Assembly (NCBI GenBank): GCA_030141605.1
Contig: JAQGDQ010000791.1
Location: 1 to 64,000 of the forward strand
Length of the DNA: 64,000 nucleotides
Direction of reading: 5' to 3'
Origin: Tubiluchus corallicola
Taxonomy: Eukaryota; Animalia; Priapulida
The position numbers were made by a program, and so were the translations under genes. Below are positions 12,801 to 26,527 of this stretch, in pieces (the first letter of the stretch is position 1; every line of letters begins with the position of its first letter). The notes under the pieces are model-generated. The model saw only the letters and a list, made by a program, of their open reading frames with translations. It was not told where the DNA came from and searched no databases.

Positions 12801-13287
12801 ACCGCGGCTTGCTGACTCCATGCATAGTAACGTAGGTGTTATGCATAGTAACATATCTCATGCGCAAAGTATGTGCTGCAAAAACACCATCAGAGTACAG
12901 ACAGTAGTTATATCAGTTCAGTTTTGTCTTTTAAATTTTTTTTATGATTTCTAATTCTTTAAATGTCAACGTTTTTTGAAGTCAGTTTTCAGCTTCTGCC
13001 AAAAATTTTGTTCATGCGTTATATAGTAACTCATTTTTGTACTTTATTGTGTAACAAGTTTTATGTGCAAAGTTTCATCAATATTAAAATATAATTTACA
13101 ACTTTTGCAGTTACTGTTCTTGGAGGTTGCCTTGGAGTGACTCAAGTCTTCAAATATTGGGGACTGGGTTTATATGCAATGTATCCTTTTCATAAGATCG
13201 AAAAGAACAAAAAAATATTTTCTTTGTTTTATGTAACTGCACGCTTATACTTTATTTGCTTAACAAGCCTTGGAAAAAATACTAAAT

Positions 13288-13945
13288 GTGTGCTTGCATG
13301 GCAAAATCATTCATAAGTCGGCAATCAAGCTCTTCTAATTATTCACATGTCCTGAATCTCCATTTCATGAGGATCATTTTGATACCAAGTTCATCACTCT
13401 GTGTTATTTATAATCTGCGAAAATCAACATTGAAGTTGAGGTGCAGGCTGCACACTGAAAAACATAACCTTGAGAAAATCACTGTTAAAGTCAGCCATTG
13501 TCTTTTGTCGCGTTTCTACAAAACACTTAGCAACCATACAAATGTTGGTTGCTACGGACTTTGCAAGAACACATTGATCTTACATTTAAATCCAGTAGAT
13601 GGCTTTTCCTGAAGAAGATCTGGGCTTGGCAACAGAAAAAACCCGAAGCAAAATGTCTACTTCCGGGAGCTACTATCGGGGATTGAAAATACAAGTTTTT
13701 CAAAATTGTAGCACTAGTTTCTAGCCAGAATAGAGAGTACGGGGTTTTAAAATTAGATTTTAGTATTTTTCTGAACATTTTCTTGATGATTTCATACTAG
13801 AATGTAAAAGCCCAATATATTTACCATTTTTCTTATAAAAAACAGAAAACTGACATTTGGCAAATTTTTTATGCATTCTACTTTGAAGCATCATAACGTA
13901 GTTTCAACTATACCGACTTATGAACAGTTTGGGTTTGCAAGCACA
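13288..13945. mobile_element. MITE family C, both ends present
   Basis: GTGTGCTTGCA..TTCATAAGTCGG at left, CCGACTTATGAA..TGCAAGCACAC at right; a further end at 62675-62727. Confidence 0.7.
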
Positions 13946-14855
13946 CTTGTTGATGGTTTATTTAAAGTTATTTTACTTATAAATAATTTGAGTCATTGAA
14001 TTTCGAAATGTTTTTGTTTGAGTTTTTTCATAGCTTTCACATCTTGTGTATCTTCAATCATGGATCATGTTGATCATAGTCAGTCAAATTATTAAATTTT
14101 TTAACAACAATTGGAGTCTTACATTTTTAAGCATTGTTCGGATATTTGTTGCACTCATTCAGTGAATTGCTCAAAACATTATGCAGTAAAATTGTTAACA
14201 AGTTGTGTGAAACTACCTTAACTTTGAGCCAGTATCATTGGCTTTATTATATTTTTCTTTGAATATCCTCGTAGCAGCAGAACAAAAGGTCACACGTTTG
14301 AAAGAAGGTTTGTGTTGTTTTCTGTATCTAAAAATTGATTGAGTTATTATTTAACATTTTATTTTTATGCTGGATAAGCCATTTTTTCAGACTCAAATAA
14401 TTATTTTGCACACCTTGTTTAGATTGAGTAATTAGAGGCCCCCGTATGAAAGTTACCGCTGGTGCTGGTCTGTTTCAACGAAGCTTGGATGCCAACGTGC
14501 CGTTTATTAAGCGCAGACGAGATGATCATCTCCACAGCAACTGTCTTTATCATTGCTAGAAACCAAGCCAAAACAAATAATCAATAACTTTATGACACTG
14601 CAAATCAGGATACAAAATATGATTACAAAATCAAAAGAATGAAATTTCAATTTTCGTTATACGAGCGTAAATACTTAGAAAGAGGTTCTGTAAAGAAAAC
14701 GTAAAAAAATGCAGCTTATACGTCGGATTGAGGCAAAGATCACAACTACAGCAAAAACAATTTATCTGATACAAGCAATGTCTACACAATGGGAGAAACC
14801 TTTTACCACTGTAGCAAGTGTTAGGCAAATAAAATGGAATTTTTCACAAGTGAGT

Positions 14856-15415
14856 TTTCTAAACCATTGGAGATTCAGAACATGAGAAACGTATAACTCT
14901 TTAAAACAACATAGAGACTTAGTAAATCCACAAGAACCACAGAACAATTGCATTTTCTAAACCATTGCGGATTCAGAACATGAGAAACCTACAACTCATT
15001 AAAACAACATAGAGACTTAGTAAATCCACAAGAACCACAGAACAATTGCATTTTCTAAACCATTGGAGATTCAGAACATGAGAAACGTATAACTCTTTAA
15101 AACAACATAGAGACTTAGTAAATCCACAAGAACCACAGAACAATTGCATTTTCTAAACCATTGCGGATTCAGAACATGAGAAACCTACAACTCATTAAAA
15201 CAACATAGAGACTTAGTAAATCCACAAGAACCACAGAACAATTGCATTTTCTAAACCATTAGGGATTCAGAACATGAGAAACCTACAACTCATTAAAACA
15301 ACATAGAGACTTAGTAAATCCACAAGAACCACAAAACAATTGTATTTTCCAAACCATTAGGGATTCAGAACATGAGAAACCTGTAACTCATTAAAACAAC
15401 TCAAAGACTCAGTAA
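14856..15415. repeat. 97-98 bp tandem repeat, about 5.7 copies
   Basis: TTTTCTAAACCATT..GATTCAGAACATGAGAAAC...CAAGAACCACAGAACAATTGCA repeated. Confidence 0.93.
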
Positions 15416-16416
15416 TGTACAAAAACCATGAACTTTGTGGATTACTGAGTCTCTGTGTTGTAGATATTGTTAAATAGGTGCGTATAGTTTCAATATCAAC
15501 AGTTTTAATGAAATTTGAACTTGTCGCTTTTTACACAAAAGGCTCAAGGCTCTGATGGTCATATTGCCGCCATTGAATCTGCCATGCTTGATTATTTATC
15601 CGAAATCAGTATTTTGAACACTTAAACTCACGGGCGAGGATCAACCAATCTCAGATTTACCTACGTTATTCAGTTTATCTCATCAAGACTCATTAAAGTC
15701 AAACTAAACCCTTTCTATTCTATAAGCTTTTACAACTTAAAATCCAACTCTCATTATGATGGTTCAATTTATTTTGCTATAAACTTACTGCAAAATTTGT
15801 TTCTTTTCACTTCACTGTTAGCGGTGTTACCTTTGAAGAACTGACATTTCTTGTCACGCGAGACGAATGACGTTATGAGTGCGGTCATGAGGTCACCAAA
15901 GATCGGTAAACAAACATCGGTAACCAAAGACGCTTTCTGTACCTCGTACGTCATTCTAGCTCGCTCGCGCCAAAGACGCAAAACATGGCGATCTTTACGG
16001 CAATGGATGTTTTCGAAATTCACTAGAAAACTGTAAGCTATTTAATTTATAAGTCTCTTTTGTTTAATAATAACTATGAATTTTTTGTGTAGTCAGAATG
16101 ATGCGTTAAAAAAATTTCAATGTCTGTTGGGGTTATATAGGCCTTTAATGAGATACCAAAATTGAGACGTCACTTTTGACCCATCAGAGTTTGTAGGAAA
16201 TCCAGCCTAACTGTAAAACTTGAAGCCCTGCCTTTTTTCTGCTATTACAATATTAAATTATAAGGGGTGAGTGACTAGGTGACTTAACGGTCTTTCCTCA
16301 TCCCATCTCCATGGATGAAGTAAATTTTTTTTCGTAAAATGGAAATTTGTGACACATTTGGAGAAAATAAATGTTTATGTCTATATGTCTACGCAATGTG
16401 CTAAATAACATCGACC

Positions 16417-18012
16417 CTGCAACCTTGCCCACTCCATGACTCTTGCCCCAGGACTGAAGAGTCACATATAAACAAGTCTTTTTGGTGCAACCTTGCCCAC
16501 TCCATGATCTTGCCCCAGGACTGAAGGGTCACATATAAACATAAGTCTTTATGGTGCAACCTTGCCCACTCCATGATCTTGCCCCAGGACTGAAGGGTCA
16601 CATATAAACATAAGTCTTTATGGTGCAGCCTTGCCCACTCCATGACTCTTGCCCCAGGACTGAAGGGTCACATATAAACATAAGTCTTTATGGTGCAACC
16701 TTGCCCACTCCATGACTCTTGTCCCAGGACTGAAGAGTCACATATAAACAAGTCTTTTTGGTGCAACCTTGCCCACTCCATGACTCTTGCCCCAGGACTG
16801 AAGGGTCACATATAAACATAAGTCTTTATGGTGCAGCCTTGCCCACTCCATGATCTTGCCCCAGGACTGAAGGGTCACATATAAACATAAGTCTTTTTGG
16901 TGCAACCTTGCCCACTCCATGACTCTTGCCCCAGGACTGAAGGGTCACATATAAACATAAGTCTTTTTGGTGCAACCTTGCCCACTCCATGACTCTTGCC
17001 CCAGGACTGAAGGGTCACATATAAACATAAGTCTTTATGGTGCAACCTTGCCCACTCCATGACTCTTGCCCCAGGACTGAAGAGTCACATATAAACAAGT
17101 CTTTTTGGTGCAACCTTGCCCACTCCATGACTCTTGTCCCAGGACTGAAGAGTCACATATAAACATAAGTCTTTTTGGTGCAACCTTGCCCACTCCATGA
17201 CTTGTCCCAGGACTGAAGGGTCACATATAAACATAAGTCTTTGTGGTGCAACCTTGCCCACTCCATGGCTCTTGCCCCAGGACTGAAGGGTCACATATAA
17301 ACATAAGTCTTTTTGGTGCAACCTTGCCCACTCCATGGCTCTTGCCCCAGGACTGAAGGGTCACATATAAACATAAGTCTTTATGGTGCAACCTTGCCCA
17401 CTCCATGGCTCTTGCCCCAGGACTGAAGGGTCACATATAAACATAAGTCTTTATGGTGCAACCTTGCCCACTCCATGATTCTTGCCCCAGGACTGAAGAG
17501 TCACATATAAACAAGTCTTTTTGGTGCAACCTTGCCCACTCTATGACTCTTGTCCCAGGACTGAAGAGTCACATATAAACATAAGTCTTTTTGGTGCAAC
17601 CTTGCCCACTCCATGACTTGTCCCAGGACTGAAGGGTCACATATAAACATAAGTCTTTGTGGTGCAACCTTGCCCACTCCTTGGCTCTTGCCCCAGGACT
17701 GAAGGGTCACATATAAACATAAGTCTTTATGGTGCAACCTTGCCCACTCCATGACTCTTGCCCCAGGACTGAAGAGTCACATATAAACAAGTCTTTTTGG
17801 TGCAACCTTGCCCACTCCATGACTCTTGCCCCAGGACTGAAGGGTCACATATAAACATAAGTCTTTTTGGTGCAACCTTGCCCACTCCATGACTTGTCCC
17901 AGGACTGAAGGGTCACATATAAACATAAGTCTTTGTGGTGCAACCTTGCCCACTCCATGACTCTTGCCCCAGGACTGAAGGGTCACATATAAACCTAAGT
18001 CTTTTTGGTGCT
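16417..18012. repeat. 70-bp minisatellite array (66-70 bp variants)
   Basis: About 23 copies of GGTGCAACCTTGCCCACTCCATGACTCTTGCCCCAGGACTGAAGRGTCACATATAAACATAAGTCTTTWT. Confidence 0.95.
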
Positions 18013-18627
18013 ATCACACAAGTGAAGCTAATAGGTCTAAATTAAGAGGAATTTCTTTTGTTTCAGGTACCAGATCTACCTGACCAGAATTCTGAATAAA
18101 TTTGGTTTCTTTAGTGAAAATTACTTTGTTCGCTTCATTCTATACATTTTGTGAGTACTTTGTTAAAACAGATTTATTTCATTTTTATTGCAATAAGCTT
18201 AGAGAATTTGAATTTTGTTTTTTCTGTTACTAACTAACAAACACCTGTATGATCAAACCTCGTTATACTGCTCCCATTTATAATGTCAACCTTGTTTAAT
18301 GCCCATATTTTTGGCAAAGCAAAATGTCTGTATTTTTGTACAAACGTATATGTATAGACAGCGTATATATATATTACATATTATGTGTAGTACTGCACCT
18401 CGTTTTAATGCCAAACTTTCTTAGCACCAACTTACATGCTGTCTCCAAACTAGGTGGTATAAAGAGGTTTGGTTGTGTACTGTATGTATGTGCAACATTG
18501 CTATGGAAAGTTTGCAAAAAGAAAAAATTTAACAAAATACTAATTTTAATATTATAAAGGTGTTATAATCACATGTGCAAAATTTGCATTCATGAAATGC
18601 ATTTATTTATAAAATTGTTACTACGTT

Positions 18628-19008
18628 ATGACATGTTTAGACCAGTGAGTTTTCTCTCTGACGATAAACTCGCAAGAGTGAACTGTTTTTGAGTTACTGT
18701 TCCTGCGAGTTAACTGCCTCGTGTGAACGATTGTTCTCTCATCATTTCTTGCAGTGAATAGAGAAGCGAGTGTAAGCTCACACTTACTGCCTGAGAGTAA
18801 CTCGGGGTAAGTTTTCTTCTCTAGTCTGAACATCCTTCCAAGTTACTTGGCGAGTTACTTGCAGTGAATAAAGAAGTAAGTGTCAGCTTGCACGTACATG
18901 CACCCAGGGAGTAACTTGGAGCGAGTTTTTCTCTCTAGTCTGAACACGCTTTTGAGTTACTTAAGCTAGTTACTTAGCGAGAAAACTCGCTAGTCTGCGT
19001 GAGCTGTT
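18628..19008. mobile_element. PIF/Harbinger-like MITE remnant
   Basis: Inverted ends AGACCAGTGAGTTTTCTC / GAGAAAACTCGCTAGTCT; internal CTAGTCTGAACA repeats; related end at about 47578. Confidence 0.5.
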
Positions 19009-19197
19009 AAAAATATTCCAGGTGTCAATGCAGCGTAGCATAAGCACTGCTGCCATAGAATATTTCTGATAAATAAAATTATTTTTTGAAGCACTAGTAG
19101 CATCAGCATTAGTTCCTGGCCAATAGCTGCTAAAACATAAGTAGGAATAAGTAAAAAAATGTAGATAAAAGGTGGATAGGCGATAAGTGGATATTTA

Positions 19198-19422
19198 AGA
19201 CATTGATATGTGCTTTAAGTAGCCTGTTCTTACAAGTACAATGGAGACTTTGATATGTACTTTAGGTAGCCTTTTCTTACAAGTACAATAGGAACATTGA
19301 TACTTACGTTAGGTAGAATTTTCTTACAAGTACAAGGGAGACTTTGATGCATACTTTAGGTAGCCTTCTCTTACAAGTACAGTGGAGACATTGTTACATA
19401 CTTTAGGTAGGCACTGCTTACA
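19198..19422. repeat. Degenerate 47-bp tandem repeat, about 4.5 copies
   Basis: GACATTGAT...TTTAGGTAGCC..TTCTTACAAGTACAA repeated. Confidence 0.8.
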
Positions 19423-19733
19423 ATTATAATATAGTGCAAAATAAATGTGTAGCTATGAATGTTGTAAATATTTTACAAAAAGCCTACTGCCTAGTAACAT
19501 TGGTTAGTGGTGTCTTTTCTGCAGCTCCATCAGGAACGGTAACTTAAAAGTAGAAATGTGTTCATTTCAGGGTTGGTGTTCCATGCTGTTTTATCATACC
19601 TACTGTGCTTGGAGGAATCTGCTTCTTTATTACAAGCATCATATATTTTGTTGTAAGTAGTTTAAAATACTTTTGTTTTACGATTGTATTATATGACTGC
19701 GGTTTCAGATGGCAAACTTAAAGACACAATAAG

Positions 19734-20220
19734 CATTGGCGGCTCGTAGCTAAAATTACTGAGGGTGCTCTATCAGAAAATTTCTAATGTGTAAAATGAA
19801 ACAAACATATGTAATTTTAATGTTGTAATTGTAATTTTAAACAAACAAACATGTGAAAATTTATACATAAACTTGGGAAATCTTAAACAAAAAATATATT
19901 TTTTCTTACTAGTAGCGTAAATTGTCACAGTTCAAGCTTGATCCAATCATGTAACCATGTGACAACTGTGTGAGTGACAGTACTTTTTCTACCTGGGCTC
20001 AGACATGTGTGCATGGCCGCATGCGCACGACAGCCAAACACTGCGTTGTTGGAGTGCACTGTGCTGAGCTGTGAAGCAAACAGTATTACCCTTACGTGCT
20101 CTGGTTCTGATAAAGAAAGAACTAAAGAAAAAAGACTTAGTATATTGAATATTATCGATAATATGGAGTGAAAATAGGGGGTGCGGCAGTTCCATAGTAC
20201 CTATACATGGGCTGCCTCTG
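19734..20220. mobile_element. hAT MITE family D with perfect 8-bp TSD
   Basis: CATTGGCGGCTC ... GGGCTGCCTCTG; TSD ACAATAAG at 19726-19733 and 20221-20228. Confidence 0.88.
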
Positions 20221-20223
20221 ACA

Positions 20224-20555
20224 ATAAGCCCTTTAACCATGACACAGCAACATATCTTAACTACATCCGTCACATGACATGTGGGTAAAGCAAAGCCATC
20301 TGCCACGTCATTTCGTTTTAGTTAACGAACTAACAGTTAACTTTAGTTTATTTTATCTGGGCATTACTTAATTATGCATTAGTCTGTCCGTAAAGTGATT
20401 TACTAGCAGGATCTTGCTTAGGAACAAGAAAAAATGAACTAGGTAAGGCTCTAGCTAGGCTGTGAGGCGTTGTCAAGTGTACACAAACGTGTTGTCTGGT
20501 ACACGTAACCTTTGACCTTTTCACGATCATCATCAGTTGCTTGAAGGCTTATTAA
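20224..20555. mobile_element. MITE family A copy whose left end is the target site of the family D element
   Basis: ATAAGCCCTT ... GAAGGCTTATT; internal similarity to 5808-6190. Confidence 0.65.
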
Positions 20556-20949
20556 TTTTTATTTCCAAGATTGGTAGGATCTATGCCAAATCACAGTGTG
20601 CAGATAGGCGACACATCATAGTTGGTTCTCTTTGTACAGGCAGCAATGAAGGGAGAACATTGGCAACCGGCTAATTTGGAGCGGTTGGACGAGAGTCAAC
20701 TTGTGGCGGGCGTGGTCAGTAATCCACCGCCAGTGCCTCCACCACGCCTTCCAGTTGACGTGGAACAAGTCTTGCATCAGCAAACACCTCCACCACGCTT
20801 ACCAGTTGACATGGAGCAATCATTACATCAGGAAACCACAGACAGCAACATCTAAAAGGTAGGAGAGCGTTAAATTATTGTTACCTGTTCAGGAGAAGAC
20901 GATGATATTTTACCTCAGCAACACTTCCAACATCATAAGACCTCCTAGT

Positions 20950-21362
20950 CAGGGATGAGAATTTTCCGCGGATAAGCGGAATTCCGAGTTTTTGGAAGAC
21001 CAGTAGTGCCATTTTTGTAAATCGCGTGAATTTGTTGAGAAAATTTTTATGGACCCAGTACATTATTTCACAAGCTGACCGCTAGTTGGCAGGCCGTCAC
21101 TTTGTTTACATCACGTACATCAGTGTAACCACGTGTATATCTCTATGTATAAAAATATAGAATCAATTGTGCAGAGTTATTTGAGTCAATTGCAGACTGT
21201 TTTTATATATTTTTGCATAGGAGCGGCCAGTACTTAGGCGTTTTTGAGACAATTAGGTGTCATGTATCCTTGATAGTTGGGTATTTTAAATTATGCACGA
21301 AATAAGGTAACTGATATTTTAAGTCCACTTAGAGGCTCTCTATGGTCACAAAATTGCAATTT
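20950..21362. mobile_element. Truncated inverted copy of the CAGGGATGAGAAT element
   Basis: Reverse complement of about 4929-5341. Confidence 0.85.
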
Positions 21363-21658
21363 GCTTTTATCATGTCAAATATGTAGTAAGGAATATACGT
21401 TTGTGGCTACTGTCCTTATTAAGTAATAGCATCTAATGTAGCTTATACAAACATCATTACCTTACTAACTACTAGGGCTTCTACTTGCCAAGAAATTTCC
21501 TGGCAAAAAAGTTTTTTTAGCATTACATAAGTTGGGCAAAATAACTACAAAGATATTTAAAATACTGATGTAGCAAGTAATTTGACCTTGTCAGAGAAGT
21601 ACTAAACTGTTGTCCAAACTAAACTGCTCTACATGACTGCTATAGTCTAGCCACGTAC

Positions 21659-21788
21659 CAGTGTTTGCAAAAACATGTATATTGTCTGGACAAACACCTG
21701 CTGCCACTCGGACTTCAGCATTCGTGATAAATGCCATTGCTTCTCTCAATGTGTCAGGAGCCAGCACTGGTACAGCTTTTAACCCGTG
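21659..21788 (-). pseudogene. Isolated exon resembling Crypton-type tyrosine-recombinase proteins
   Basis: AG/GT-bounded; HGLKAVPVLAPDTLREAMAFITNAEVRVAAGVCPDNIHVFANT resembles the G.K.VPVL...A...L...R...GV...N.YVFA motif. Confidence 0.45.
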
Positions 21789-22029
21789 CTGCAATTACAG
21801 CAAAATATGAACACAAGTACAAGAAATATTTGCCATATTTTAAAATTATAAAATGTGGTTGTCCAAAAATTAAAATTTCAAGTAAATAATGATGTGACTG
21901 TTTAGTGAAAAATATAAATAAATGTTAATGTTACGCATCTACACAAAAAAAATTGTTGATTTGGTTTCTTTAAACAAACATTTTGTACTTAGTAAATTGG
22001 CTTTTTGAGGTACAATAGTTCAAGTTACA

Positions 22030-23760
22030 ACACTTAAAGGTACAATTCCATCTTGAAGTGCTTTGCGTAATGCAACAGTGGAGGCACCAGGCTTAGTTAA
22101 GCAATCAGCTAGTTGATTTCCTGTTTCACAACAATGAAAACATGTCATCCTTCCATTTTCTATTAGTTCCTTAATGGTGCTCACTTCCATCCTCAGCTTC
22201 TTCTCTGAAACAGACTTAGATGATTTTACAGCTTCACGTAAGGACTTGCAGTCAGTTATGCATGTAAATGGTAAGGCATTTTGATTGGTCCTTCCAGTAG
22301 TCAGTTCTGCATATCAATCCCTTCAGACATAGCTAGTGTCTGAAAACACCCATATGTAGTTGCAAAAATCAATAATTAGGCATCACTGTAACACTATTAG
22401 AAACTATTAAGCTGACAAATAAATTACTGCAAAGCTCTGCGTAAAAATGAAGAAACACATGAACTTACAAACGTTTGAGGATCTGTAGAAAAAAACTTTA
22501 AGCCAGTTTTCAGAAATCAACAGAGACATACTGATTTTACAACAGTGGCAAACTGACCACACAACTACTGGACTCTATACCACTAAAACAGGATTTTTTC
22601 CTATTCTAAGGCTATCTAACCTCTCATACAAGAGCAGCCTGGCATGTTAAACAAACGCTGCAGGTAATGCAAAAATTAATAATGACGCTCTAGAATCAAC
22701 ACATCTGGCTTCACAGTACACATGCTAGCCTGAGAGATAACAATATTTATCATGTCAAATATTGGTAAGGAATATACGTTTGTGGCTACTGTTCTTATTA
22801 AGTAATAGCATCTAACGTAACTTATACAAACATCATTACCTTACTAACTACTAGGACTTAGATGATTTTACAGCTTCACATAAGGACTTGCAGTCAGTTA
22901 TACATGTAAATGGTAAGGCATTTTGATTGGTCCTTCCAGTAGTCAGTTCTGCAATAAATACTTCCATATCAATCCCTTCAGACACAGCTAGTGTTTCAGC
23001 AGCTAATGTTCTCTTGTTTTCCTAGATTTCCACCATACAGGATAATACTGATCAGATTATCCGACTAGTAGAACTAACAATCCACCCTGACTACCACCGT
23101 CAGGCAGATTGCCTAGGGCAGCCTCACTAAACACCATCAAAGACAGTTCGTTGCACCAAGATGCACCATCCTGCACCAAGATGCTGAAACTTTAAAGAAA
23201 CGTTTGATGATTTTGCTCTCCCCATCAGTTTGTTAACATTCAATAACCCATTAACAGCTGCATGGTTTATATTAGTCCCTGCACAAGTGACGTCAAATAA
23301 GAGATCTGGTCTACTCTGGTGTGCTAAACATAATAATTGCCCAATCTTTGATCAGAGTGAATGAAATTCATCTGGTCTACTCTGGTATGCTAAGCATAAT
23401 AATTGTCCAATCTTTGATCGGAGTGAATGAAATTCATCTGCTGCAAGTTTGGCATCCTTTTCTGTAAGCAATGTGGGCTAGTATAAATATGAGTTCAGTT
23501 GTCAGTGTAACTGTTTTGATTAAGATATAAGTTACCACTGCCATCAGATTAATGTCGCAGTACTTAAAGGCATCACTATCTTCTTTACCTGCTTTGAATG
23601 CAGCACAGATCTTGCTAATGATCATGGATTCAAAATTTGTGTTTCCACCCCAAATAAGGGCATCAACATGATGAACTAATATACCAATCACAGTTTCAGC
23701 ATCGTTAGTTCAATATCCATCTTTGACATGACTCCATTATACTTGTTCATAACAGCTCGA
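22030..23760 (-). mobile_element. Ty1/Copia LTR retrotransposon RT-RNaseH remnant, rearranged
   Basis: GILVHHVDALIWGG (degenerate HVDD RT motif) at about 23650-23690; RNaseH tail DCKSL...EKKLRMEV...QLADCLTK at about 22090-22255; internal duplications (22214-22340 vs 22854-22995; about 84 bp at 23303-23438). Confidence 0.8.
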
Positions 23761-25765
23761 ACTCTGTGATACCCTCTGATGATGAACAAATGTGCGTTGT
23801 TAAGGACTCTAGTATGGATGATAAGGTTAACAGCCAAGGTATAGGCATAATGATCCTGTACGAGTTGGGATTGAGTACAGATCCATCGGAAGACTGGAAA
23901 ACCTGAAATCTCCGAGATTAGACCAATCTGTGATGTTTTGCTTTTATGCCTGAATTACCCCTAGAAAGCCCAAAATTACCCTCAGGTTGGGAACCCTGGG
24001 ATTAAAGGACATTGCAAGATGTACCTCAGTGAAAAAAGTAGAGGTTGTTCTCTATTTACCACAACAAACCCTTTTGCAATTTTTCAAATAAAATTTCAAT
24101 TGTTGGTCGGATCAAGCATCTGCTACAAGTATAACAAACTCAAAACGTTGCTGATATTTCAAAAGGTTATAATTCACAAGAAAAACTACGTCACAAACAA
24201 CGTAACCTATATATATATATATAGATATAGTGTTTTTAATTCAAAATAAACAGAAAATACATACGCAGTAATTTCCAAAAATTATGGTAACAGTTAAACA
24301 GACAGATCTTGCGATACGCTCCGAACTCCACACACTGACAGTGAAACAAGATGGCATGCGCGTTTAGTTACCGTGGCAACTGCTGTCGACCAGCACTTTT
24401 TTCTCCTCCAGGTGTAAGCTTGGCACGCACTTGTTTGCCATGAGCGGTAGCTGGTAGACCGACATTGGCGTAATATCGTGATTGTGGTTACGACTGTGCC
24501 GACAGAAAACGACGTTGGGCCAATGGCTCTGTGCTATCTGAGAAGACCTAGCCACACTAAGGTACACTTTTTGTGCAAACGAGTTGAAGGTAATAGCCAA
24601 CTTGCCACACTCCTTTCTTAAATACATCATCTTTCCTCATGTGACACAATACTTTTGGGCCACCCTGTACAGGTGAAACCGCCGCCTTCTTGACTAGGCA
24701 CTTTTTTATTAAAAAAATAAACACAAAGTTGAAAATACGTTTTTGTATTATAATTATTAAACAATAACGTTCCATCTTATTTTGGAATGAGGTAAAATGT
24801 TATCAGAAAAATAATCATAAAAATTAATACGGGGTAATACAAAGTATATATTTTTGCTCAAATAACTTCTTTGCATTTTAACTTTTTTAATACTTGCTAA
24901 CAATTCATACAATTTTACTAGTAATACAGACAAACAGCATACATTTATACTCTTAAATACTGAATAAAAAAATACAACATCTGTCACTGTTCTAAAAAAG
25001 GTAACATCTCAAAATAATAATTACAGTAATAAATAATCATTTTACTTCATATTTGACATGTATCGAGATGCCATTTCCCAAAATTATACATTTTATCTGG
25101 AATGAAATGCAAATTATTTTAATAAACTAATTAATTTCTTATCAAAATGTCAATTAGCATTAAGTGAAGTTAATCCGTGAGTTTCAGTGAATAACTAAAC
25201 AAAATGAAACAATATATATACATACATCTTTGGCATCAAATCGTGAGTTACAAGGTGACTTAGATGTAAGTCGAACACTTATATTCAACAGTTGTGTGTG
25301 TATGTGCACTAAGCACAGCAGCGCTTACGATGAATTTATCAAAATGGATAGCAATTTAAAATGAATTTGTTTAAAAAACAGAGGGAGATATGAGTTATTA
25401 TCAGTTTTGTGTAATTAATTAATCAAGGTGCGGTCTGAATTGAACGATCTAAGTTGACGACTACTTGTGCGCATTAGTTCATGATGCTTGCAAACTTACG
25501 AATCTTACACAATTTAGTGATGGAACTTTAACTTGAAAATTTGTCAACACGTCATCACTGTTTTGGACACATTGAAACTTGAATTACAGGTATTTAAAAC
25601 TAGGTCGCTAATATCGAAGCCAGATGTCACCTACTTACAATTAAGAACAGGTAAGTTAACTTAATCTAATCAAAACGCACATTTAACTATTATTAGTTAT
25701 ATTGTAAGAACAAACTATTTTGGTTATTTGACAAACCAAAATCCTTAACATTGCATTTCCTACAA

Positions 25766-26052
25766 CAGTGTTTCCCCACCTTTTTTGAGCCATGGCACAT
25801 ATTTCACGTTAGAAAAATCACAAGGCACACCACCAAACAAAAATGTCACAAAAAATATATATAATGAAAGTTTAGTGTGAAACCTGGGCCTGTTTAGTTG
25901 AACACAAAGCTGTTATTCTTGCAGGAATTGAAGAAAGACAAACACGAAGATCTTCCTCAACACCTCTGAGTCTCTCTCTTTTCTTAGTCTTTATAGTACT
26001 CATGCTTGAAAAGCTCAGTCACATAGATAGGTTGTGGAGAAAGGGAGAAGAG
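25766..26052 (-). mobile_element. hAT Charlie/Buster element end with transposase C-terminus
   Basis: CAGTGTTTCCCCACCTTTTTTG terminus; minus strand reads roughly LPFSTTYL...[44 protein letters not shown]. Confidence 0.8.
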
Positions 26053-26461
26053 TGGTGGATCAACTTACCCCTATGCTCAACTTACCCCGCTTTCCCCTAA
26101 TAATTAACTGAAAAATGTAATGGCAATCCATTTATTTTCTAACAAAAAATGCAAGACAAAATGTAATGTATGACAACGCCTCGTGGTGCAAAATATCCAA
26201 CTATTCGCACCACAAAAAGCATGAACAAAGAATTTGGGACCATTTCTCATGACCCACTACAGCTGGCATAAAATATCAGATTAGTTTGAGTCTTGGGTGT
26301 CTACACCACTGGCAAGATCACCAAGCCAGGCTGTAGTCAAACCATCTGACTCATGCTTTTTGTTTTTTTTCTATTTGACATTAATTGTTATAACAACCTT
26401 AAATGGTAGATATTTAATAAATTAATTGCTGGGTTAACTACGTTGGATTTGTAACCAATCC

Positions 26462-26527
<66 letters not shown>

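Noticed and set aside
9195-13945. One 4.7-kb foldback element bounded by long inverted repeats
   Set aside because: 13288-13945 has both of its own termini, so these are two separate copies of one MITE family in opposite orientation.
16450-16500. CTGAAGA in the 70-bp unit as a possible hammerhead ribozyme core
   Set aside because: No downstream GAAA core or stem II, and most units read CTGAAGG.
16401-17986. Repetitive ORFs MEWARLH... and other repeat-peptide ORFs (35417-35698, 50917-51332, 37087-37603)
   Set aside because: Translations of tandem repeats with frequent frame-breaking unit variants.
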